Origin: Nitrospirota bacterium
Lineage (GTDB): Bacteria; Nitrospirota; Nitrospiria; SBBL01; JAADHI01
NCBI GenBank assembly: GCA_029261215.1
Contig: JAJDBT010000118.1
Coordinates: 9,121 to 73,120 of the forward strand
Length of the DNA: 64,000 nt
Direction: 5' to 3'
A model generated the notes under the pieces. It had not been told where the DNA came from. It did no database searches and saw nothing but the letters and a program-made list of their open reading frames with translations. This document shows positions 21,110 to 30,129 of this stretch, one piece after another. The position numbers and the translations under genes were made by a program. Positions within the stretch are counted from its first letter, which is position 1, and every line of letters starts with the position of its first letter.

Positions 21110-22435
21110 TTATATCTTTTCCATTAGAAGGGCAATGCGGTCAAGATTGCGCTGTACCGCACCGCGATGATTGAATACGACATCATACGCCGCCTGGGCC
21201 CGCTGCTCATATTCTTCAGGGTGTTTAGACAACCACAATATCCGCTCAGCCAGTTCATTTCCGTCAGCCACTTGAATGCCACCGCCAGAACGTGTCAGCT
21301 GTTCTGCAATTTCCTGAAAATTCTCCATATGCCCTCCAAAAAAAACGGGCTTTTTACAGGCCGCGGGCTCCAAAGGGTTATGACCGCCAAATGGCGCAAG
21401 ACTTCCCCCCACAAAGATAAAATGCGCCAGGGCATAAAACGACGCAAGTTCACCCAGGGTGTCCATTAAAATGACCTTTGGCGTATCGACATCCTCCTTT
21501 AAACTCGGGCCTGAAATCTGCCCCTTTCGGATCGATTGAAAACCTGCGGCGCTGACCAGACCTTCCACCGCATCCAAACGCCCCAAATGGCGGGGGGCGA
21601 TCATCAACCTCAGCCCCGGCATCTTTGAGTGCAAGATACGGTACGCCTTCAGCACGGCGTCCTCTTCCCCTGGCCGAGTACTGCCCGCGATCATGAGCAA
21701 CTGATCTTCGGAGAGCCCCATCGCCGCGAAACTGGCGCATGCGCCAGAGACCTGATCCTCCGCCGAGCCTGCCTGATCATACTTCATATTTCCGGTTTCT
21801 TCCACCCGATTTAAGGGGGCGCCCAGCCTGATAAGACGTTCGGCATCCTGGGCAGACTGCATTAAAAAGAGAGACACATCATTCAATACCAGAGAAATGA
21901 AGGGGCGAAGTTTTTGATATCCGGGGAAACTCCTGGTTGAAATACGGCCGTTGGCCATGATCGAAGGGATTTTTCGTTTTGAGAGTGATCTCAAACAATT
22001 GGGCCAGATTTCTGTTTCCATAAAAATAAACAATGTGGGCGAAATCCTCCGCACCACACCCCTTGCAATCCAGAAATAATCGAAGGGGAAGTAGATAAAC
22101 GAGACCACAAAATCAGAAAGATATTCCCTGGCAGCGGCCTGACCCGTGGGGGTGATCGTCGAAAAAACGATAGCCGAATCAGGATGCCGCGCCTTGAATG
22201 AGCGGACAAAAAAACGGGACATCATCACTTCACCCACTGATGCCGCATGAATCCAAACAACCTTTTTCCCCTGAAGCAGCTTAAAAAATGTAGCGGGATA
22301 CAGGCCAAATCGCTGCGCCATATTTTTTCGATAAATTGGTTTTCTGAGTAAGGTGCCTAAAATAAAGAGCAAAAAGAAGGGAAGAAGCAGGAGCGTGATG
22401 CTTTGATAAAGACCTACAAAAAACAATTTTTTCAT
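21110..22435 (-). CDS. waaA: 3-deoxy-D-manno-octulosonic acid (Kdo) transferase
   Basis: It has an N-terminal membrane anchor and the WIHAASVGE motif. It directly abuts lpxK. Confidence 0.9.
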   Translation of the reverse strand: MKKLFFVGLYQSITLLLLPFFLLFILGTLLRKPIYRKNMAQRFGLYPATFFKLLQGKKVVWIHAASVGEVMMSRFFVRSFKARHPDSAIVFSTITPTGQAAAREYLSDFVVSFIYFPFDYFWIARGVVRRISPTLFIFMETEIWPNCLRSLSKRKIPSIMANGRISTRSFPGYQKLRPFISLVLNDVSLFLMQSAQDAERLIRLGAPLNRVEETGNMKYDQAGSAEDQVSGACASFAAMGLSEDQLLMIAGSTRPGEEDAVLKAYRILHSKMPGLRLMIAPRHLGRLDAVEGLVSAAGFQSIRKGQISGPSLKEDVDTPKVILMDTLGELASFYALAHFIFVGGSLAPFGGHNPLEPAACKKPVFFGGHMENFQEIAEQLTRSGGGIQVADGNELAERILWLSKHPEEYEQRAQAAYDVVFNHRGAVQRNLDRIALLMEKI

Positions 22436-22479
22436 GTTTTATACAACAAAAAACCATCGGAAGGGTGATATCAACAGAC

Positions 22480-24243
22480 CTATTCGATCAACATTTCATC
22501 GCTCTGGGCCAGTCCTTCGATGTCTCTGAACTGCATTTGATAGACCTTTCGATAAAGACCGTCTTGCTGGATCAACGCATCGTGGCGGCCGCTTTCCGCA
22601 ATACGCCCCTTATCAATCACATAAATACAGCTTGCCTGTTGAATGGTAGAAAGCCGGTGAGCAATAACAAAAGTCGTTCTGTTTTTCATCAAACGCGTCA
22701 GGGCTTTTCGGATAATAAATTCCGATTCAGTATCCAGTGCGGAGGTGGCTTCGTCCAAAATCAGGATCGGGGGATTCTTGAGCAGGGCGCGGGCAATCGC
22801 CAGGCGTTGACGCTCGCCGCCTGAAAAGTTTGCGCCCCCCTTTTCAATCGGGGTGTCGTACCCCAAGGGCAATTTATGAATAAAGCGATCCGCATAGGCC
22901 GCTTCGGCTGCCGCCTGCACCTGCTCATCCGTCGCACCGTCGGTGCCGTAAGCAATATTCCAGCGCACCGTTTCGTCAAATAACACAATTTCCTGACTCA
23001 CAATCCCTATTTGGGCGCGTAAAGACTCAAGCGTGACATCCTGAATCACATGCCCGTCCATTAAAATACGGCCCTCTGTCACATCATAAAAACGGGGAAT
23101 GAGATTGATCAGAGTCGTTTTTCCGGCACCGCTGCTCCCGACTAACGCAATGATATCGCCGGGAGCCGCTTCAAAACTAATCCCGGAGAGCGCCCGTGAC
23201 TTTGAAGCCGTATAGGTAAACGAAACCGCATCAAAAACCACCGCGCCTTTAAGGCGTGGCAACTCCATTTTTCCGGAATCAAGCTGACGTTCATTTTTAA
23301 GATCCATGACGGCAAAAACCCGTTCGGCGGCGGACATGGCTTGCTGAAGCTGGTTATTTGAACTACTTAGACTTTTAATCGGGGCATACATCATCGATGC
23401 GGCAGTCATAAAAGAAAAAAAGGTGCCGGGCGTCATTTCACCTAAAATCACGCGGGAGCCTCCGTACCAAATAATCGCGCCAATCGCAAAACTTAAAATG
23501 GTTTCAATCAGCGGGGAGGTGATTTCGCCAATCGCGATGGCCTTTACAACGGTTTTATAATAAGCCTCATTTTTTTTAGAAAACCGCTGGGCTTCAAAGT
23601 TTTCTCGACCAAAAGCCTTTACGATGCGAATACCGGACAAAACTTCCTGTAAAATATTCGTCAAATCGCCCGCACGCTCCTGCCCCTTTCGGGCAATGCC
23701 TCTCAGCCTTTTTCCGATACGAACGATGGGGTAGGTAATCGCGGGCATCCCCAGCAAAACAAAGCAGGCCAGCCGCCAATCCTGATAAAACACAACACCG
23801 ACCAGCGCCACCAGGGTCAGGGTTTGCTGAAAAAGATCTTTAATCACTGTCGAAACGGCATTTTGCATGACTTGCACATCGTGAATAATTCTGGAAATAA
23901 GCTGGCCAGTTGATTGTTCCGTATGATAACTCACCGGTAAAAGCAGCATGTGTTGATAAAGCGCCTTGCGAATATCGGCGATAATCCAGCTTCCGGCATA
24001 TCGCATGAGATAGGCTTGCCCATAGGTAGAAAGTCCTTTGAGCAAAGACACCACGATAATGGCCATCGGCACAAAGAAGAGCATTTCCTGATCTTTTCGG
24101 ATAAAAATGTCGTCAATCACAGGTTTAATCAGCCAGGCATATGCCGCCGTCATGGTCGAAACCACCGCTGCACAGATGACAGATCCGATCAGCCATTTGT
24201 AATACGGTTTTAGATAAGAAAGTAATCTGCGGTACAATTTCAT
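22480..24243 (-). CDS. msbA: Lipid A export ABC transporter (ATP-binding/permease)
   Basis: An N-terminal 6-TM exporter domain is followed by Walker A GSSGAGKTT, signature FSGGERQRLAIARAL and Walker B ILILDEATSALD. Confidence 0.88.
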   Translation of the reverse strand: MKLYRRLLSYLKPYYKWLIGSVICAAVVSTMTAAYAWLIKPVIDDIFIRKDQEMLFFVPMAIIVVSLLKGLSTYGQAYLMRYAGSWIIADIRKALYQHMLLLPVSYHTEQSTGQLISRIIHDVQVMQNAVSTVIKDLFQQTLTLVALVGVVFYQDWRLACFVLLGMPAITYPIVRIGKRLRGIARKGQERAGDLTNILQEVLSGIRIVKAFGRENFEAQRFSKKNEAYYKTVVKAIAIGEITSPLIETILSFAIGAIIWYGGSRVILGEMTPGTFFSFMTAASMMYAPIKSLSSSNNQLQQAMSAAERVFAVMDLKNERQLDSGKMELPRLKGAVVFDAVSFTYTASKSRALSGISFEAAPGDIIALVGSSGAGKTTLINLIPRFYDVTEGRILMDGHVIQDVTLESLRAQIGIVSQEIVLFDETVRWNIAYGTDGATDEQVQAAAEAAYADRFIHKLPLGYDTPIEKGGANFSGGERQRLAIARALLKNPPILILDEATSALDTESEFIIRKALTRLMKNRTTFVIAHRLSTIQQASCIYVIDKGRIAESGRHDALIQQDGLYRKVYQMQFRDIEGLAQSDEMLIE

Positions 24244-25412
24244 GCCACAACCCGGGCATGGGCGACATTATGATGCACAGATTTTTTTTTAAGAGAACGA
24301 TTCAAAATACGTAAAATCGCCGATGCGGCCCGATCAGAAGCCCCCGGCTGCCCCAGACGATCAGCCACCTTCAATAAGCTTTTGTGCATTGCCTCACGTC
24401 CCGCATCGTCTTTTAAAAGGCGGCTGACTTCTTTTGCAATACGCTCCGAGGTGCAATCACCCTGAATGAGCTCTGGCACGAAAGGCTCCCCTGCCACAAT
24501 ATTCACAAGACTGACCGATTTTAAATGCACCAAGCATTTCGCAAGCCAGTAGCTTAGCCAAGACACCTTGTAGACCACCACCATCGGGGTCCCCGCCAAA
24601 GCGCCCTGCAAGGTCGCTGTTCCGGAAGTAACCACCGCCAGATCCGCATCCAGTAAAACATCATAGACCGAATCATTGATCAGTTTAACGGGAAAGGGGG
24701 CTGAGGCGGTAAGGCCGGGAATCAGATCTTCTGAAAGGGAAGAGGCCACGGGAATGATCACGCTTAAGTCCGGAAACGTGGCATGGAGTTTTTCCATACT
24801 CGCAAGCATCTCCGGTAAAATGGAGACCACTTCCCGGGTTCGGCTTCCGGGAAGCAGGGCAATGACCGGAGATAACCCGACTTGTTTCCGGTAATCCGGA
24901 AGCGCTCTGCCTTGAGTCGCACGGCTAAATTCGTCTAACAAGGGATTTCCGACAAACTCGCAAGGCACATGGGCGGCATCATAAATGGCTTTCTCAAAAG
25001 GTAAAATCACCAATATTTGCTCCACCCGCTCGGCAATTGTTTTGACCCGCCCTGCGCGCCAGGCCCAGACCTGCGGGCTCACATAATAAACCACGGGAAT
25101 CCCGCGTTCATTTGCCGCTTTCGCGACCCGCAGGTTAAACCCTGAAAAATCGATTAAAACCAACAGGTCCACTGACTCTTCGAGCAAGCGAACCGCCGTT
25201 CGGTAGGCCTCCAACAGCACTCTGAAATGAAAAACAATCTCAATAATACCGACAATACCGAGCCGCTTAATATCAAAACGGATCTCCACACCCGCCGCCC
25301 GCATCGCTTTTCCACCAAATCCGACGATCTCCATCTCATGATCTTTAGAAAAAAGGGCTTCCGCCAGGGCGCCGCCGTGCAAATCGCCCGAGGCTTCTCC
25401 GGAAACAATCAT
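24240..25412 (-). CDS. lpxB: Lipid-A-disaccharide synthase (GT19)
   Basis: The N-terminus reads MIVSGEASGDLHGG. I prefer ATG 25412, which has AAGGA upstream and does not overlap the preceding gene. Longer alternatives start at 25460 or 25538. Confidence 0.88.
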   Translation of the reverse strand: MIVSGEASGDLHGGALAEALFSKDHEMEIVGFGGKAMRAAGVEIRFDIKRLGIVGIIEIVFHFRVLLEAYRTAVRLLEESVDLLVLIDFSGFNLRVAKAANERGIPVVYYVSPQVWAWRAGRVKTIAERVEQILVILPFEKAIYDAAHVPCEFVGNPLLDEFSRATQGRALPDYRKQVGLSPVIALLPGSRTREVVSILPEMLASMEKLHATFPDLSVIIPVASSLSEDLIPGLTASAPFPVKLINDSVYDVLLDADLAVVTSGTATLQGALAGTPMVVVYKVSWLSYWLAKCLVHLKSVSLVNIVAGEPFVPELIQGDCTSERIAKEVSRLLKDDAGREAMHKSLLKVADRLGQPGASDRAASAILRILNRSLKKKSVHHNVAHARVVA

Positions 25413-25437
25413 GAGCCGGGGTCCTTTGTTTGCTGCT

Positions 25438-26418
25438 TTATGCTGGGGCTGTTTGACCATCTTTGATGAGATCCACGATTTGAAGCGCGACGTCGAGCGC
25501 CTTCCGTCCATCCTCTCCGGAAACCTTCGGGATTTCATCCGTTCGAATCGCCCCGATAAAAGCGGTCAATTCCCCTTTCAAGGGTTCCTCTTTTTCAGTG
25601 AACACCTTGTCTGATGTGATCGAAGGCGTCCCGTCCGCCTGGAGAACCCGGCGGCACACCCTCATTTCCTGATTGGCATAATCCAGTGAAAAATAGGCAT
25701 CGGGTTGAAAAATTCTGATTTTACGGAGTTTTTCTAGAGAGATCCGACTGGCCGTAATATTCGCGACACAGCCATTTGCAAAAGCCAGCCTCACATTGGC
25801 GATGTCAATCATCTCGGTCATCACCGAGGTGCCGGTCGCGCGAATCTCACTCAGTTCAGAGGGGACCAGAGACAAAATGATGTCAATATCGTGAATCATC
25901 AAATCCAGGATGACATGCACATCTATCCCCCGGCCCACAAAAGGCGCCACCCTGTGGCATTCAATAAAACGCGGGTTGATCAAGTACTCCTTCAACATTT
26001 TCACCCCGGTGTTGAACTGTTCAATGTGTCCGATCTGCAACATCGCTCCGGTCCGTTTTGAAATCGCAATCAAATCATCTGCTTCTTCGAGCGTTTTGGT
26101 GATGGGTTTTTCCAGCAACAAATGGATGCCTTTTCCCAACAAGATCTTTGCAACGGCATGATGCTCTGGTGTAGGGACAACAACACTCGCCGCATCAATC
26201 TTTTCTGTCACCTGGGTAAGATCCGTGTAGTATCGACACCCAAATTTTGTGGCAATTTCCTGTGCCCGGACTTCGCTCGCGTCCACGACCGCCACCAGCT
26301 CCACATCTTCCATTTCTGAATACACCCGTGCATGGTGCTGACCCAGAGAACCTACCCCGATGACTGCAACTTTCGTTTTTTGATCCATCATTATCCTATG
26401 ACCTGCGGTATCATCCAC
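25438..26418 (-). CDS. Gfo/Idh/MocA-family NAD-dependent oxidoreductase embedded in the lpx cluster (GnnA-like candidate)
   Basis: The Rossmann N-terminus reads KVAVIGVGSLGQHH. 326 aa, located between lpxI and lpxB. Confidence 0.8.
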   Translation of the reverse strand: MDDTAGHRIMMDQKTKVAVIGVGSLGQHHARVYSEMEDVELVAVVDASEVRAQEIATKFGCRYYTDLTQVTEKIDAASVVVPTPEHHAVAKILLGKGIHLLLEKPITKTLEEADDLIAISKRTGAMLQIGHIEQFNTGVKMLKEYLINPRFIECHRVAPFVGRGIDVHVILDLMIHDIDIILSLVPSELSEIRATGTSVMTEMIDIANVRLAFANGCVANITASRISLEKLRKIRIFQPDAYFSLDYANQEMRVCRRVLQADGTPSITSDKVFTEKEEPLKGELTAFIGAIRTDEIPKVSGEDGRKALDVALQIVDLIKDGQTAPA

Positions 26419-26436
26419 ATCATTTAAAGTATGATC

Positions 26437-27258
26437 CTACTCATATTCGGACTTCCCTCGATAGCCGACAACCGCAATCTTTGCGGCTTTCGCCTCCGCT
26501 ATAAATCGTTCTTTTTCGAGAACAATCGCCTTTCCCGCTTCCACCACCAATACGGAGGCTTTGACTTCTTTCATCGCTTGAATGGTTCCCGGCCCAATGG
26601 TGGGTAAATCAAAACGTAAATCCTGCTGGGGTTTGCAAATTTTAATGACAACCGATTTCTCTCTGCCCAAGATTCCGCCCCGGCGGATCGCGGCGTCTGT
26701 GCCTTCAATCGCCTCGACTGCCAAAATCACCCCTTTTCGAAGAACCACGCACTGACCGATATCGAGTGCACCCACTTTTTTGGCCAGAGGCCATCCCCAT
26801 TCGATATCGGCTTTTTCCTCTTTTTTCAGAGGACGAGTCCACTCTCCTTCTTCGGCCAGCAGAGGGTGTAAAAGAAAGGTTGATTCTTTGACCTGAATAC
26901 CCTCTTTTTCTAATGCGTCTGCAAACGCCCGGAGCAAGACATCATCTTTTTTTTCCTTAATTTTGCTTAAAATCGCCAAAGCTTTCAAATCGGGGCGAAA
27001 ATCAAAAATACGGGTCTTTTGAATTCCGCCCGCCATGACGGCTTCCTTCACACCTCTCTTTTTAAAAAAAGAGATTAGCTTTCCGAGCTGGCCGACACGT
27101 ATCCAGAGAATTTCATCGACTTGATCGGAGAGCGCGGGGTTTGTCTCGCCTTCATGAGCCGCCGCAATAACCGATAGGCCCAAGGCTTTGGCGCGCTCTG
27201 CAAAAATCAGGGGGAATTCACCGCTCCCGGCGATGAGACCAATTTTCCCCTTGTTCAC
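26437..27258 (-). CDS. lpxI: UDP-2,3-diacylglucosamine pyrophosphatase LpxI (DUF1009 family)
   Basis: The N-terminus reads IGLIAGSGEFPL. 273 aa. It occupies the lpxA-lpxB slot typical of lpxI. Confidence 0.82.
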   Translation of the reverse strand: MNKGKIGLIAGSGEFPLIFAERAKALGLSVIAAAHEGETNPALSDQVDEILWIRVGQLGKLISFFKKRGVKEAVMAGGIQKTRIFDFRPDLKALAILSKIKEKKDDVLLRAFADALEKEGIQVKESTFLLHPLLAEEGEWTRPLKKEEKADIEWGWPLAKKVGALDIGQCVVLRKGVILAVEAIEGTDAAIRRGGILGREKSVVIKICKPQQDLRFDLPTIGPGTIQAMKEVKASVLVVEAGKAIVLEKERFIAEAKAAKIAVVGYRGKSEYE

Positions 27259-28028
27259 CGGCAGATGCCTCGTTCTGACTTTTCAACAAAGGAAAGAAAA
27301 TCGTCCACTTTGGCATTGTCCGGCCATTTGTCTTTTGCTTCTTTAATGGCCTCACGCATCGTTAAACCCGACCGAAAAAGCAGTTTGTAGGTTGCTTTTA
27401 ATGTCTGAATCTCCTCGGGAGTAAAACCATGCCGCTTTAGACCAATGCTGTTTAATCCGTATAATTTGGCATGATTCCCAGCAACACGCACATAAGGCGG
27501 AACATCCTGCGCCACGGCAGAACAGCCGCCGATCATGGCATATGATCCAATCCGCACAAACTGATGCACACCGGAAAGTCCGCCAACAATGGCGTTGCTG
27601 CCGACCGTAATCGAACCCGCGAGCGTTGCGGCATTCGACATAATAATATGATCTCCCAGAATACAGTCATGCGCCACATGGACATAGGCCATCAGAACAT
27701 TGTGACTTCCGATTTGCGTTATCCCGCCGCCTGAGGCTGTGCCCCGGTGCAAAGTGACATACTCTCGAATCATATTATGATTGCCCACCTCTAGCCGGGT
27801 CTTTTCCCCCTTAAACTTCAAATCTTGCGGCTCAAGACCAATCGAGGCAAAAGGGTAAATGGTATTCGATTCACCCAGGGTCGTCCATCCGTCGATGACA
27901 ACGTGGGATCGAATGACTGTTCCTTTTCCAATACGGACATGCTCACCGATAATTGAATACGGGCCGACTTCGACAGACGAATCGAGCTCTGCTTTTTTAT
28001 GAATAATGGCTGTTGAATGAATGTTCAC
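27255..28028 (-). CDS. lpxA: Acyl-ACP:UDP-N-acetylglucosamine O-acyltransferase
   Basis: Hexapeptide-repeat left-handed beta-helix with a C-terminal helical domain. 257 aa, in the order fabZ-lpxA. Confidence 0.93.
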   Translation of the reverse strand: MNIHSTAIIHKKAELDSSVEVGPYSIIGEHVRIGKGTVIRSHVVIDGWTTLGESNTIYPFASIGLEPQDLKFKGEKTRLEVGNHNMIREYVTLHRGTASGGGITQIGSHNVLMAYVHVAHDCILGDHIIMSNAATLAGSITVGSNAIVGGLSGVHQFVRIGSYAMIGGCSAVAQDVPPYVRVAGNHAKLYGLNSIGLKRHGFTPEEIQTLKATYKLLFRSGLTMREAIKEAKDKWPDNAKVDDFLSFVEKSERGICR

Positions 28029-28474
28029 TTCTCGGGGTCCTTTTTGTCCTTTTCAAGCATGGCTTTTAATTCGGCCTCGGAAACCAATTGGTCATTCACA
28101 TAGGCCATCCCTTTGAGTTTCCAGTATGGCGGACGTTGATGTAATACTTCCACTTCAATTCTCAGTTGATCACCCGGCAGCACAGGCTTTCTGAATTTGG
28201 CTTTATCAATGCCCAAAAAATAGACCAGCTGGCCCTCTCTGCCCTTGGCTGATTTCACCGCAAGTACGCCGCCAATCTGAGCCATCGCTTCGATAATCAA
28301 GACCCCCGGCATAATCGGGTGACCTGGAAAATGCCCTTGAAAAAAAGGCTCATTCATCGACACATTCTTCAACCCGACCATCTTTTTCCCCGGCTCAAAA
28401 GAAAGTATGCGATCCACCAGTAAAAAAGGATAACGATGGGGTAAAATTGCCATGATTTCCTGGATGTCCATCAT
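28025..28474 (-). CDS. fabZ: 3-hydroxyacyl-ACP dehydratase
   Basis: Carries motifs [13 protein letters not shown] and [12 protein letters not shown]. Confidence 0.95.
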   Translation of the reverse strand: MMDIQEIMAILPHRYPFLLVDRILSFEPGKKMVGLKNVSMNEPFFQGHFPGHPIMPGVLIIEAMAQIGGVLAVKSAKGREGQLVYFLGIDKAKFRKPVLPGDQLRIEVEVLHQRPPYWKLKGMAYVNDQLVSEAELKAMLEKDKKDPEK

Positions 28475-29529
28475 AATGATGTTCCCTTCTTCTTTTTGAG
28501 TGCTTCGAGTTCCTTTTTCAATTGCGCGACCTCGCCACTTAAAGATTTAAGGTGGGTTTTTAATGCCGGAAGATGCTGAAAAACCACCTGCGATTTCAAC
28601 CACTGTTTGTGCGAAAAATGGGGAAAACCCGAAATCATTTCCCCATCAGCCACATCCTTCGACACACCGGTTTTCGCTGCCGCAACCACGTTGTCCCCAA
28701 TACTCAAATGCCCGACGACACCGACTTGCCCTGCCAGGGTCACATGGTTTCCAATCGTCACGCTGCCGGAAATCCCGACCTGAGCGACCAGAATGGTATC
28801 GCTGCCCACTTTGACGTTATGCCCCACATGCACTTGATTATCAAGCTTTGTCCCGCGCCCGAGTTCTGTTTTTCCAAGCGCGCCGCGATCAATCGTCACA
28901 TTCGCCCCAATCTCCACATCATCTGCAATCACCACGCTTCCCACTTGCGGGATTTTATGGTATTTCCCCTGGTGAAAGGCGAAACCAAAACCATCACTAC
29001 CAATGACTGCGCCACAGTGGATAATGACCCGTTCGCCAATCTCCACCCCTTCGCGAATGCTGACATTGGGGTAAACCAAGCTATCTGCTCCGATACGACT
29101 GCCAGCCCCGATAAAAACGCCCGCGCCGATTTGCACCCGATTACCAATAACCACGCCTGCTTCAATTGTGGCGTTTGGGCCGATGGAAACGGCCTCGCCC
29201 AAAGTCACATTTTCTTCGACATAGGCCTTGTGATGAACACCCACGGGCATCCGTTTTGGCGGATAAAAAAAGGCCAGAAGCTGTGCAAATGAAAAATAGG
29301 GATCCTTGACGATCAAAAATGTTTTTGAAACATTTTCGAACACCTTCTGCGTAATCAGAACAGAAGCTTGCGTAAAAGCGACCTTTTTCTCGTACTTTGG
29401 GTTCGAGATAAAAGAGATCTCTCCAGGTTTGGCTTCATCAAGCGGAGCCACTCCCTCAATCAATATCGATGCTTCCCCAACAACCTGCGCACCGAGACGT
29501 TCTGCGATGTCTTTAAGCGGGATGGCCAT
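28471..29529 (-). CDS. lpxD: UDP-3-O-acylglucosamine N-acyltransferase
   Basis: An N-terminal UDP-binding domain (FISNPKY) is followed by long hexapeptide repeats and a C-terminal coiled coil. Confidence 0.93.
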   Translation of the reverse strand: MAIPLKDIAERLGAQVVGEASILIEGVAPLDEAKPGEISFISNPKYEKKVAFTQASVLITQKVFENVSKTFLIVKDPYFSFAQLLAFFYPPKRMPVGVHHKAYVEENVTLGEAVSIGPNATIEAGVVIGNRVQIGAGVFIGAGSRIGADSLVYPNVSIREGVEIGERVIIHCGAVIGSDGFGFAFHQGKYHKIPQVGSVVIADDVEIGANVTIDRGALGKTELGRGTKLDNQVHVGHNVKVGSDTILVAQVGISGSVTIGNHVTLAGQVGVVGHLSIGDNVVAAAKTGVSKDVADGEMISGFPHFSHKQWLKSQVVFQHLPALKTHLKSLSGEVAQLKKELEALKKKKGTSL

Positions 29530-29562
29530 TTAGACCTTTCTATCCAAAGAACCTTAAGAGCC

Positions 29563-30090
29563 TTATTTTTTGGTCATCGTATTCAGCTGACTGACGACTT
29601 TATCTGTGATATCGCCACTTTCTTCCGAATACAACACCGGGCCGCCTTCCTTATTTTTATCCAGCACAAGGGTATAGCCTTCTTTTTTGGCCGTTTCCTG
29701 AATCGCTTTTTCTAAAGTCTGAAAAAAAGTCCGGTTTGTTTCAACTTTTTTGTCCTGAACTTCTTTGTTCATTGCCCTTGCTTTTTGCTGATAATCCGTG
29801 AACTTCTTCTGCATTTCATCCTGCTTCATCTTCGAGGCCTCCGGAGAAAGCAGGGCCGCTTGTTTTCTGAGGTCTTCTTCCATTTGTCGAAGTTCTTTTT
29901 CTTCGATGTCGATAATTTTTTGACGGCTCTCGACATATTCCTGAACGTTCGCCTGCACGCGTTTACCTTCATCCGAGATCTCAAATACTTTTTGCGCATC
30001 CACAAATCCAACCTTGAAAGAAGCGGCCGTGACCGACGATACGAACACTAATGACACCATCAAAACAAAATAAAAACTGACTCTTTTCAT
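29563..30090 (-). CDS. skp: Periplasmic chaperone Skp (OmpH family)
   Basis: It has a signal peptide and a K/E/Q-rich coiled-coil body. It lies between bamA and lpxD. Confidence 0.88.
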   Translation of the reverse strand: MKRVSFYFVLMVSLVFVSSVTAASFKVGFVDAQKVFEISDEGKRVQANVQEYVESRQKIIDIEEKELRQMEEDLRKQAALLSPEASKMKQDEMQKKFTDYQQKARAMNKEVQDKKVETNRTFFQTLEKAIQETAKKEGYTLVLDKNKEGGPVLYSEESGDITDKVVSQLNTMTKK

Positions 30091-30129
30091 CTTTTCTCCT
30101 TCGTTGTTTATCCGATAAAATAATTTAGC

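Noticed and set aside
28573-29292. 239-aa ORF antisense to lpxD (and similar ORFs at 28563-28814 and 29306-29715)
   Set aside because: Hexapeptide-repeat genes typically generate long antisense open frames. The lpxD frame carries the conserved family features.
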